Notes: a model not told the origin generated them from the sequence alone. DNA of 20,000 nt from Clostridiaceae bacterium (GCA_012839865.1 DUMO01000072.1:53252-73251); one strand, 5' to 3'. Counted from the first letter of the stretch, positions 7,807 through 16,573 are shown. Numbers and translations: made by a program.

Positions 7807-9678
7807 TTATGCACTCTGTATTTGTTCTTCCAGCATCTGCCTCTGGTAGATTTTATAATAGAAGCCCTTTAGCCTGATAAGCTGCTCATGTGTTCCTTGC
7901 TCTACAATCCTGCCATTATTTAACACGATAATCTCGTCGGCATCTTTTATTGTGGAAATCCTGTGGGCAATAAAAATACAGGTTTTATCCTTCATGATTG
8001 CCTTAAGACCGTCCAGTATTCTTTTTTCAGTACTTGTATCAACAGCGGAAAGACAGTCGTCAAGAATAAGGATGGATGGGTCCTTTATAATGGCCCTTGC
8101 AATTGAAATTCTTTGCTTCTGTCCACCTGAAAGGTTTACGCCCCGCTCACCAACCATTGATTCATATTTTTCAGGAAAGTCCATTATATTATCGTGCACC
8201 TGGCTAATCTTTGCAGCATTTTGGATTTCCTCCAAATCCTTTTCGTCAGGTGAAAAATTGATATTGTCCTTTACGGCGGCGGAAAAAAGGAAATTATCCT
8301 GGGGTACGTATCCAATGCTTTCTCTCAAAAGTTCCAGAGGAATGTCCATTATATCAGTTCCGTCAATAAAAATCTGTCCTCTTGAATTTGGGTTGTATAG
8401 CCTCAAAAGAAGACTGGCGATGGTTGATTTCCCGCTGCCGATTTTGCCAATTACCGCTATTGTCTTTCCCTGTTCAATTTTGAGGTTTATATCCTTCAGC
8501 ACGGGTTTTGACATATTGTCGTAGCTGAAAGTAAGGTTTCTGAATTCTATGTTTCCTTTGAGTTTGCGTTCTGGTTCCAGGTTATTGTTGAGGGCTTTTT
8601 CATCATCGAATACATCAGGCTTTTCATGGAGCAGCTCTTCAACCCTCGAAGCAGAGGCTTTGCCTCTTTGTATGAAATTTATAATCATTCCGATGAATGC
8701 TACAGGCCTTACCAGCATTCCTATGTAGCCGTTAAAGGCTACAAAATCCCCCAGGGAGATGGTGCCTGACAAAACCATGTTTCCTCCGTACAAAAGGGAT
8801 ATACAGTAGGATAATGTGGAAACCAGTGTTATCAAAGGACTAAAGGCCCCCTGAACTTTTACAAGAGCCATGTTTATCTTATAATTTCTTTCGTTTAATG
8901 CTTTAAAATTGGAGGATTCATTTTCTTCCTGGACAAAGGATTTGACAACCCTTATGCCTGAAATGTTTTCCGTGGCTTTTGCAGTAATGGTTGCGAAAGA
9001 TTCCTGAACTTTGAGAAACCGGCTGTGTATCAGCTTGCCAAATTTGGACATGATGATTATTAATGCAGGAAGAGGCAGGAAAATAGCCAATGTGAGTTTT
9101 GGATTAACGGTTTTGCCCATTATTGCTATGCTTGAAATGAGCAGAATTAAAGATTGGGCAATCTGCATAACTCCTCTCCCCAAAGCCTGCTCGGCAGCCC
9201 TTACATCATTAATCGCCAATGCCATGATTTCTCCTACAGGCTTCCTGTTAAAGAAATTGAGTGATAATTTCGTAAGGTGTCTGAAAATATCGTTCCTTAT
9301 CCTTAAATCTATAAGGTTGGAAGCACCCTGCATGAGTACTCTTGTGAAATAATTCAGAATGAAAACAAGTAAAGAAACCAGTACGATTATACCTGCATAA
9401 AAAGTAAGATTGTATGTATTCATTGTATTTTTGCCAAGCATGTCTATAATATCGCCGGTTAGTCTGGGGGTTATCAATTGCAGAAGATCTACAATAATTA
9501 CAATTGCAATACCGGCAATATACCTGAATTTAAACTTTTTCATATATTTAAAGAAACTGGTTTCCCTAAATGGAATATCAGGAGTTTTACCCCTGGCAGG
9601 TTCCGTACTTTTCCGGAAATTGCCGGAATGAATTTTCTTTTGTGCTATATGGGGGTCTTCATTTTTTTGACTAATCAA
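7807..9678 (-). CDS. ABC exporter half-transporter (TMD+NBD), MdlA/TM287-like subunit of a heterodimer
   Basis: Walker A GKIGSGKS, signature LSGGQKQR, degenerate Walker B ILILDDCLSAVD, IAHR. Start placed at TTG 9678, 7 nt after AAAGGAGG (the track starts at 9702). Confidence 0.93.
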   Translation of the reverse strand: MISQKNEDPHIAQKKIHSGNFRKSTEPARGKTPDIPFRETSFFKYMKKFKFRYIAGIAIVIIVDLLQLITPRLTGDIIDMLGKNTMNTYNLTFYAGIIVLVSLLVFILNYFTRVLMQGASNLIDLRIRNDIFRHLTKLSLNFFNRKPVGEIMALAINDVRAAEQALGRGVMQIAQSLILLISSIAIMGKTVNPKLTLAIFLPLPALIIIMSKFGKLIHSRFLKVQESFATITAKATENISGIRVVKSFVQEENESSNFKALNERNYKINMALVKVQGAFSPLITLVSTLSYCISLLYGGNMVLSGTISLGDFVAFNGYIGMLVRPVAFIGMIINFIQRGKASASRVEELLHEKPDVFDDEKALNNNLEPERKLKGNIEFRNLTFSYDNMSKPVLKDINLKIEQGKTIAVIGKIGSGKSTIASLLLRLYNPNSRGQIFIDGTDIMDIPLELLRESIGYVPQDNFLFSAAVKDNINFSPDEKDLEEIQNAAKISQVHDNIMDFPEKYESMVGERGVNLSGGQKQRISIARAIIKDPSILILDDCLSAVDTSTEKRILDGLKAIMKDKTCIFIAHRISTIKDADEIIVLNNGRIVEQGTHEQLIRLKGFYYKIYQRQMLEEQIQSA

Positions 9679-9788
9679 GTTGCTGCCTCCTTTACGGCTC
9701 AAAGATAATTTTTACGGCCATTGCTTTGAAGCCGGCCGTTTAGTTGATATTTTCATAAACCCTGTGCAGAATAATTGCATGGGGCTGT

Positions 9789-10253
9789 TTAATGAAGAGT
9801 TGGTAAGGAATTGATGTCGCAGTCCAATACCTGCTCTACACCCTTCAGTATGGCATCCGCAGCTTCAATAAACAATTTTTTCTCATTGTCTTCTATTTGG
9901 GAGAACAGTGTGTTTACAAAAGCTTCATGTTTCTCTATTGTTTCTTTGCGTACTTTTACACCTTCATCGGTCAGCTTTACCCTTATTACTCTTCTGTCGT
10001 CTGGGTCATTTATCCTCATGACAATGCCCTTTTCCTCAAGGAAATCCACAAGACTTGTCACATTGCTGTTGACCTTTACAGCTCTGGCACTAATTTCGGA
10101 CAGGGTGAGAGTTTCGCCGGGATTTATGCTTTTCAGTATTGAATACTGGTTCCATGCAAAACCTAACTCTGCCAGATTCTTTTTTACATTGTGCTGTATT
10201 TTTCTGTGAAGCTGTAAAACCCTTAAAAAACATTCTGTTGAGAGATTATTCAT
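9789..10253 (-). CDS. MarR-family transcriptional regulator
   Basis: Winged-helix pattern LTLSEISARAVKVNSNVTSLVDFLEEKGIVMRINDPDDRRVIRVKLTDEG. ATG 10253 preferred (GGTGA 5 nt upstream); the track starts at GTG 10265. Confidence 0.92.
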   Translation of the reverse strand: MNNLSTECFLRVLQLHRKIQHNVKKNLAELGFAWNQYSILKSINPGETLTLSEISARAVKVNSNVTSLVDFLEEKGIVMRINDPDDRRVIRVKLTDEGVKVRKETIEKHEAFVNTLFSQIEDNEKKLFIEAADAILKGVEQVLDCDINSLPTLH

Positions 10254-10282
10254 CACATTCACCACTCTTTACGAGTTATAAA

Positions 10283-10328
10283 ATTTATATATTATAAATA
10301 TTATATTTTATAATATAATCAAAGGCAA
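10283..10328 (-). promoter_or_regulatory. Sigma-A promoter of the marR-ABC operon with a probable MarR operator
   Basis: Minus-strand TTGCCT (10328-10323)-N17-TATAAT (10305-10300); palindrome ATTTATA-TAT-TATAAAT (10283-10299) covers the predicted start site. The region is very AT-rich, so chance matches are possible. Confidence 0.6.
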
Positions 10329-10574
10329 CAAGAATTTAAGCCGGCTTTGAATTGATTATCAGTTATGTGTTATCACATGCTTCAACCACCGGACATGCTG
10401 AACAAGTTAACTTGAATTGATTATTGGCAAAGCGCTCTAAGCTTTGCTTTTGTTTTTGTTGCAGATAAGAGCGCAGATGGTTGTTAACTTTAAAGTGCTG
10501 TTTACAAAAGCATCCTTCATTGCAAGGGTACACCATTATTAGCATTCTCTTTAATGGTAATGCTTTGTTCAATG

Positions 10575-10583
10575 TGGTATAAT
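10575..10583 (+). promoter_or_regulatory. Extended -10 promoter candidate for the AraC gene
   Basis: TGgTATAAT at 10575-10583; poor -35 match, overlapped by the inverted repeat ACCATTA (10532-10538)/TAATGGT (10552-10558). Confidence 0.5.
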
Positions 10584-10672
10584 ATGATTAAAAATAAAAG
10601 GTATTTTAATTAAACTTCACATGCAGTATGAACAGCCAACGAAAGCATCAGGCGGTGTGAGAGGTTGGGGTT

Positions 10673-11608
10673 ATGAGTTTCGAGTTTCTGAACAAGGAAG
10701 AATACAAGGAAATAAAGCTGTTGAAAATGTCCGACAACAGGCATGGGGACCTTCCTTTTTACTTAAGAAGGTACAAGCCCGGGAAGAATGGTGAGTTGCA
10801 CAGACACCTTTACATGCAGATCAATTATGTTTATCAGGGGAAGGTAAAGCATATTATTAACAACAGCGAATTTGACGTGATAAAAGGTGATATATTCGTA
10901 ATACCTCCTTATATACCCCATTGCATAAAATCCGATGATTCAGACGGGGAAGTCTTTGAGTTTGAGTTTGTTCCGGAATTTATAAATCAAAGCTTTGAGA
11001 ACATTGAAAATATCAAGTCCTTCTTTGATTTCGCATATATTGAACCTTTTTTGGTGAGTGAAAGCCAGGTAAAGCCGCGTTTGAACCTGGCAGGCAGGGT
11101 GCAGGTGGAAGTTGAAAACATATTGAATGAGGCCCTCAGAGAATATAAGGAAAAGAAGCCCGGGTATCCGCTTCTGATAAAATCCCTGGCCCTTAAACTG
11201 CTGGTTCTGGTGGGACGTGAATTCTCAGATGATTTGAAAAGTGCAGGGGGGCATACCATATACGACCGCCACAGGGATGCCATATTCAATGCAATACAGT
11301 ATATAGATTCGCATTATGCAGAGGATATAACCGTGGAGGATGCCGCAAGAGTCTGCATGCTGTCCCAGTCTTATTTCAGCTATCTGTTCAAGAATATTAC
11401 CATGAAAACATTTATAGAGTATCTCAATGGCCTTCGTATATCCAAAGCCATGGAATACTTAAGAAACAGCAATGACAGGGTGCTGGATATATGCTATAAG
11501 GTTGGCTTCAATAATGTGAACCACTTCAACCGGTTGTTCAGACAGGTGACTAATTTATCACCGTTGCAATACAGGAAGTCTTTTCAGAATGCAGAAAAGC
11601 AGGCATGA
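10673..11608 (+). CDS. AraC/XylS-family transcriptional regulator with an N-terminal cupin sensing domain
   Basis: Cupin LHRHLYMQINYVYQG...IPPYIPH; C-terminal double HTH LSQSYFSYLFK...TFIEYL...RISKAMEYL...VLDICYKVGFNNVNHFNRLFRQVTNLSPLQYR. Confidence 0.95.
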   Translation: MSFEFLNKEEYKEIKLLKMSDNRHGDLPFYLRRYKPGKNGELHRHLYMQINYVYQGKVKHIINNSEFDVIKGDIFVIPPYIPHCIKSDDSDGEVFEFEFVPEFINQSFENIENIKSFFDFAYIEPFLVSESQVKPRLNLAGRVQVEVENILNEALREYKEKKPGYPLLIKSLALKLLVLVGREFSDDLKSAGGHTIYDRHRDAIFNAIQYIDSHYAEDITVEDAARVCMLSQSYFSYLFKNITMKTFIEYLNGLRISKAMEYLRNSNDRVLDICYKVGFNNVNHFNRLFRQVTNLSPLQYRKSFQNAEKQA

Positions 11609-11838
11609 GTGTTTTTACATCTTTAATTAATAAGGATCCTTATGTTTTTCATCAGTGGTCATATTAAAATTTTTGCCTGAATTCTTTAAATAGTATTTCT
11701 TTTTAATAATCCTTTATAAAAATATATTTTTGGTAAGAATGCTTGCTTCTGATTATTATTATGCTTCTGCAACCACCTGAAAAGGCACAAGGTTGCAAAG
11801 AATGATAGTATATTGACACTGCCATTTTGTGTTGCATA

Positions 11839-11882
11839 TTGACATCAATTTTTTTTAGGAGTACAATATAACTAAACAGTTA
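11839..11882 (+). promoter_or_regulatory. Near-consensus sigma-A promoter of the tetR operon, with a candidate TetR operator over the start site
   Basis: TTGACA (11839-11844)-N17-TACAAT (11862-11867); palindrome TAACT-AAAC-AGTTA (11869-11882); a second TTGACA at 11813-11818. Confidence 0.75.
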
Positions 11883-11906
11883 CTTACTTCTTGCAGGGAG
11901 GCAGAA

Positions 11907-12554
11907 ATGCAGAAAAATAAAAGGGTCAGAGACTCAGAGCAATCACGAAAGGATATTCTTGAAGCGGCAGAAATCCTTTTTGCCGAGAAGGGCATATATG
12001 GTACCCGCGTTGATGATATTGCAGAGAAGGCAAACATTAACAAAAGGATGATATATGAATATTTCGGGAGCAAGGAAGACCTTTATAAAGCGGTTCTTGT
12101 CAAGGTTTACGGAAAGCTTACGGAGAAGGAAATAGGAATTCTTTCGGAAGACATGCCCTGCATTGAGGCCATAAAGAAAATAATTACTCTTTATTTTGAA
12201 TTCCTTAAAGAGACACCAACATATGTAAATCTTATTCTATGGGAGAACCTTAACAGGGGAAAATATATCGAAGAGCTCGACCTTTCAAAGGTTAAGGACT
12301 CTGCTTTCGAAATGCTCAGAAAAGTGATAAACAGGGGAAAAAATGAAGGCGTATTCCGGGAAGATGCTGATACAGAGCAGATTATACTTTCACTTTTGAC
12401 ATATACTTTTGCTTACTTTTCCAACCGGTACACATTGTCAAAGATTCTTTCCAGAAGCCTTTATGATGAAGATAACGTAAGAAAAAGAGTTCAAAGTGTG
12501 ACCGAAATGTTTTTGAACTACCTTTGCAAGGATAAAATACAAAAGGAAGCATAA
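11907..12554 (+). CDS. TetR/AcrR-family transcriptional regulator
   Basis: N-terminal HTH ILEAAEILFAEKGIYGTRVDDIAEKANINKRMIYEYFGSKEDLY; RBS GGGAGG. Confidence 0.95.
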   Translation: MQKNKRVRDSEQSRKDILEAAEILFAEKGIYGTRVDDIAEKANINKRMIYEYFGSKEDLYKAVLVKVYGKLTEKEIGILSEDMPCIEAIKKIITLYFEFLKETPTYVNLILWENLNRGKYIEELDLSKVKDSAFEMLRKVINRGKNEGVFREDADTEQIILSLLTYTFAYFSNRYTLSKILSRSLYDEDNVRKRVQSVTEMFLNYLCKDKIQKEA

Positions 12555-12600
12555 AAAGTTAAACACAAAAATTGAAATCTTAATCAGGAGGTTTGTTTTT

Positions 12601-13674
12601 ATGGGTAAGAAGGTCAGGATATTAATGGTAGGTGCAGCTTTCAGCGCAGATCTTCACATGGATGCATATGCACGCAGCACGGATATTGCCCAGATAGTGG
12701 CAATTTGCGACAAGGATTTAAAGAGGGTTGAATCCCTTGCACAAAGATACGGATTGACAGATTATGCAGCTTATGATGACTACGAAAAGGCTATTGAGGA
12801 AGTGGATTGCGATCTTGTGGATATTTGCCTGCCAAATTTTCTTCACCACTGGGCAGCTATGATAGCATTCAAAAAAGGAAAACATGTTATTTCCGAAAAG
12901 CCCCTGGCGACTACTGTTGAGGATGCGGAAGAAATGGTCAGGGCAGCCGAAAAAGCGGGCAAGAAGCTCTACTATGCAGAAGACTGGATGTTTGCTCCGG
13001 CTCTTTTAAAAGCATGGAGCATCGTGGAAGAAGGCGCAATCGGAACACCTTTGTATATAAGGGCCAGGGAATGCCATTCCGGATCCCATTCACCCTTCGC
13101 ACAGACCATAAAATACTGTGGTGGAGGTTGCATGGTGCATCTTGGATGCCATCCGGTTTCATTCCTGTTAGGGCTGAAAAACAATCAGTGGACGGAGCTG
13201 GTTGCCATGACATCAGGCGGTGGAGATAACAATTTCATTCACAAAAAAATGGAAGGGGAAGACTGGTCTGCCTGCATTATTAAATTTGCCGACGGAACTT
13301 CTGCATTGCTTGAGGCCAATTATATAACTGTCGGCGGAATGGAAGATGTTATTGATATTTACGGAACCAAAGGCCGCATGCATATTGATCTGACTTTCTC
13401 CTCTGCGATTAATTGTTTTTCAATACCGGGAGTAAGTTATACGGTGGAAAAGGCAGAGATTACTACAGGATGGTCCAAACCGGCTGTTGATGAAAAATTC
13501 AACCTTGGCTATGTAAATGAAATAAGGCACTTTATTGAATGCGCACTGGAAAACAAGGATGCAAAGATTGGCTTGAGAGGAATTGACGGATTAGAAACAC
13601 TGAAAGTCATCAACCTTATTTACAAGTCAGCCAGAGAAGGAATCAAAATTACTAATGACAGCTTGAAAAAGTAA
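12601..13674 (+). CDS. Gfo/Idh/MocA-family NAD(P)-dependent oxidoreductase
   Basis: N-terminal Rossmann fold, DLVDICLPNFLH, GKHVISEKPLA (EKP motif), GGGCMVHLGCH; RBS AGGAGG 12586-12591. Confidence 0.93.
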   Translation: MGKKVRILMVGAAFSADLHMDAYARSTDIAQIVAICDKDLKRVESLAQRYGLTDYAAYDDYEKAIEEVDCDLVDICLPNFLHHWAAMIAFKKGKHVISEKPLATTVEDAEEMVRAAEKAGKKLYYAEDWMFAPALLKAWSIVEEGAIGTPLYIRARECHSGSHSPFAQTIKYCGGGCMVHLGCHPVSFLLGLKNNQWTELVAMTSGGGDNNFIHKKMEGEDWSACIIKFADGTSALLEANYITVGGMEDVIDIYGTKGRMHIDLTFSSAINCFSIPGVSYTVEKAEITTGWSKPAVDEKFNLGYVNEIRHFIECALENKDAKIGLRGIDGLETLKVINLIYKSAREGIKITNDSLKK

Positions 13675-13700
13675 TTGAGAGGATGCAATAAACAACCATT

Positions 13701-13760
13701 TAAGGGCTTGCACCCTTAGCCTGTTTCAATTGCCCGGCATAGGCAAGGCTCAAGACAGGC
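13701..13760 (+). other. Two adjacent intercistronic stem-loops without a U-tract
   Basis: TAAGGG-CTTGCA-CCCTTA (13701-13718) and GCCTGT..TTGCC-CGGCATA-GGCAA..ACAGGC (13719-13760), followed by AAAAA. Confidence 0.55.
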
Positions 13761-13829
13761 AAAAACGCCGGCAGGTAAAAATATTGATTTGCTATACCGG
13801 TCAAAATAAAGTATTTTGGAGGGTTCTAT

Positions 13830-16478
13830 ATGAAAAAAGATATAATTATGCCAGTCGAAATAGCAGGAGTTACGTTCAAAAACCCGTTTTATGTTGCCTC
13901 CGGTCCGACCACAAAGTCGGTTAAGCAGCTTTTGAGGATTGAAGAAACCGGTTGGGCGGCTGCCAGCATTAAGCTGACAATTGATCCTGCACCATACATT
14001 AACAGGGTTCCCCGTTATAAAATGTTCAAAGACAGGGATGCTTTGGCTTTTACTGCAGAGAAGAGGCTTAAGTTTTATGAAGGATTGAAATTGGTGGAGG
14101 ACGCCAAAAAGGTTCTGACCGACCTCATCTTGTTCGCAAACATTACCTATGCCGGAGACAAGGGAGTTGAAGGCTGGGTTAACATGGCAAAGAAGTTTGA
14201 GGAAGTCGGAGCAGATATTATCGAGCTAAACATGTGCTGTCCCAACATGTCCTACAATGTTGAGCTTACAAATGCAAACGGCCAGGCATGCAACGTAAGG
14301 ACAGGCGCCAGCCTTGGACAGCAGGGAGATGCGGTTGCTGAAATAGTCAGGGAAATTAAAAAGGTAATCAAGATTCCCTTGTTTGTAAAACTTACACCGG
14401 AAGGCGGAAGAATTGCCCAGGTGGCAAAAGCCCTGTATGCAGCCGGCGCTGATGCAGTTGGCGGTACATCCAACCGTTTAGGTATGCCTCCCATTGACCT
14501 GGATAACCCAGCAAAAGCATGCTATCATCTCCAGAAAGAAATCAGCATGTCCTGTTATTCAAGCGGATGGGTAAAACCTTTGGCTCTGCGTGACTGCTAT
14601 GAAATAAGAAAATTAAACGGACCTGATGTAAAGATTATGCAGGCCGGCGGCGTAAGAAACTACAGAGACGCTGTTGAGATGTTCTTATCAGGAGCCGACC
14701 TTATCGGTATTTGCGCTGAAACCCTTATCAGCGGCTACGACTTTATCAGGGATCTTATTGCCGACCTTAAGAATTACATGGATGAGCACGGCTACAAGAC
14801 AACCAGGGATATGCGTGACCTGATAGTTCCGGAGGTTAGAAGCGCTCCTGAGCTTACATTGTATGATGGTTATGCAGAAATTAAAAAGCCCAGGCTTGCA
14901 GCACCCTGTAAAGCAGCATGCCCGCACCACGTACCGGCACAGGCGTATGTCCGTGCAGTGGCAAAGGGTGACTTCAGGAGAGCCTTCGAGCTTATTACAG
15001 AGAAGAATCCGCTGCAATCAGTTTGTGGCTGGGTATGCAGCCATCCCTGTGAAAACGAATGCACCAGAGGCGAAATAGGTACTCCGATTCCCATCAGGGC
15101 AATTAAGAGATTTGTACTTGAATATGGTAAGAAGCAAGGCTGGAAACCGGAATTGGCAGCAGCCGAAGAGAAGAATGAGAAAATTGCAGTAATTGGTTCC
15201 GGACCTGCAGGACTTTCAGCAGCCTTCAATCTCAGAAAAGCGGGATATAAGGTAACTGTTTTTGAAAAAGAATCATACTTTGGCGGAATGTTGAGATACG
15301 GGCTTCCCAGGTTCAGAATCAACCACAGTGTTCTGGACGAAGAAATTGACATGCTCAGGTCCATGGGAATTGAGTTTGTTGGCAACAAAGCTTTTGGCAA
15401 GGATATTACAATTGACTCACTGAAGGCGGACGGTTACAAAGCAATATTTATTGGCATTGGAGCTCAAAAGGGACGCAATCTTAATGTTCCCGGTGAAGAT
15501 GCTGAAGGCGTTGTTCATGCTGTTGATTTCCTCAAGGATGTATATGATGAGAAACAGGTTAAGGTTGGCCAAAGGGTTGTAGTCATCGGAGGAGGTTTCA
15601 CTGCTGTTGATTCAGCTCGTACAGCTAAGCGTCTGGGTGCAAAGGAAGTATTTATAGCTTACAGGCGTACCAAAGATGAAATGCCTGCAACGGTTGAGGA
15701 AATTGAAGAAGCTGAAGCAGAGGGCATCAAGGTGATGTATCTGGTTTCTCCTAAGGAAATTGTAGCAGAAAACGGCAAAGTTAAAGGTATTCGCCTTGTG
15801 AACCAGGTACTTGGTGAAAAGGACAGCTCCAACAGGAGAAGACCTGAAGAGGTGCAATCAGCAGAATTTGTACTTCCTGTAGACCTTGTAATTGCAGCAA
15901 TTGGTCAGCAGCCCGATAAGGAATCCCTTTGCGGTGTTGAGACTGATAAATACGGAATGGCTGCCTGCGAAGGAAAAACCGGAGCTACCGGAATTGAAGG
16001 AGTATATGCCGGTGGAGACGTTTACCGTGTTGACAATGTTATTTCAGCAATAGCAGCAGGAAAATCCGCGGCTGTATCCATAGACAAGGAACTCGCAAAA
16101 GATAAGGCTGTTCTTGAATATGAACCTGAGTATCCTGTAGTTGACAAAATTGAAGTTCTGAAAAGATCAGGCTTTTTCAAGGATGGCGACGGCGTAAACC
16201 TCCATACCATGAACGGAGAAGAAAGAGTCGGGAACTTCCAGACTTACACAAGGACACTGACCGAGGAAGAAGCCGTAAGTGAAGCAAAACGCTGCTTGAA
16301 CTGCGGTTGCGGTGAAGGTTGTGCAATATGCTACACAATTTGCTGCTCCTTTGCAGTTGATAGAAAAGAGTCGGATACTTTTGAAATCAATCCTGAAGAA
16401 TGCGAAGCCTGCGGCATGTGCTTCAACAGATGCCCGAACGGAAACATTCACATGATTGACAAAAAGGTTACCATATAA
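13830..16478 (+). CDS. Dihydropyrimidine-dehydrogenase-like flavo-Fe-S fusion: PreA/DHOD-type FMN barrel + GltD/PreT-type FAD/NADPH module + 2x[4Fe-4S] ferredoxin (882 aa)
   Basis: aa 1-335: NPFYVASGP, IELNMCCPN, FVKLTP, AGGV. aa 360-755: PCKAACP, NPLQSVCGWVCSHPCENEC, VIGSGPAGL, GGMLRYGLP, VIGGGFTAVD, YRR, AGGD. aa 821-870: RCLNCGCGEGCAICYTICC and CEACGMCFNRCP. RBS GGAGG 13818-13822. Confidence 0.9.
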   Translation: MKKDIIMPVEIAGVTFKNPFYVASGPTTKSVKQLLRIEETGWAAASIKLTIDPAPYINRVPRYKMFKDRDALAFTAEKRLKFYEGLKLVEDAKKVLTDLILFANITYAGDKGVEGWVNMAKKFEEVGADIIELNMCCPNMSYNVELTNANGQACNVRTGASLGQQGDAVAEIVREIKKVIKIPLFVKLTPEGGRIAQVAKALYAAGADAVGGTSNRLGMPPIDLDNPAKACYHLQKEISMSCYSSGWVKPLALRDCYEIRKLNGPDVKIMQAGGVRNYRDAVEMFLSGADLIGICAETLISGYDFIRDLIADLKNYMDEHGYKTTRDMRDLIVPEVRSAPELTLYDGYAEIKKPRLAAPCKAACPHHVPAQAYVRAVAKGDFRRAFELITEKNPLQSVCGWVCSHPCENECTRGEIGTPIPIRAIKRFVLEYGKKQGWKPELAAAEEKNEKIAVIGSGPAGLSAAFNLRKAGYKVTVFEKESYFGGMLRYGLPRFRINHSVLDEEIDMLRSMGIEFVGNKAFGKDITIDSLKADGYKAIFIGIGAQKGRNLNVPGEDAEGVVHAVDFLKDVYDEKQVKVGQRVVVIGGGFTAVDSARTAKRLGAKEVFIAYRRTKDEMPATVEEIEEAEAEGIKVMYLVSPKEIVAENGKVKGIRLVNQVLGEKDSSNRRRPEEVQSAEFVLPVDLVIAAIGQQPDKESLCGVETDKYGMAACEGKTGATGIEGVYAGGDVYRVDNVISAIAAGKSAAVSIDKELAKDKAVLEYEPEYPVVDKIEVLKRSGFFKDGDGVNLHTMNGEERVGNFQTYTRTLTEEEAVSEAKRCLNCGCGEGCAICYTICCSFAVDRKESDTFEINPEECEACGMCFNRCPNGNIHMIDKKVTI

Positions 16479-16573
16479 TCGGGTTTGACATATATTGATG
16501 AAGTAAAGGCTGTTTTTAAAGCAAGCCAACGCCATAGTTGCGTTTATATATATTTAACTCATCTATCACCTTC

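Noticed and set aside
7952..9708. Plus-strand ORFs (7952..8524, 9011..9352, 9410..9631, 9478..9708) and the other short track ORFs antisense to or nested in the called genes
   Set aside because: These are shadow frames of well-supported genes, with no RBS or family motifs.
10363..10572. 69-aa Cys-containing minus-strand ORF in the marR-araC intergenic region
   Set aside because: No RBS, a weak TTG start, and it spans apparent regulatory repeats; the Cys spacing matches no motif I recognise.
13830..16478. Plain preA, preT, gltD, pyrD or dsrL call
   Set aside because: Each name describes only one module; the domain order and active-site residues fit none, and there is no gltB, pyr or dsr context.
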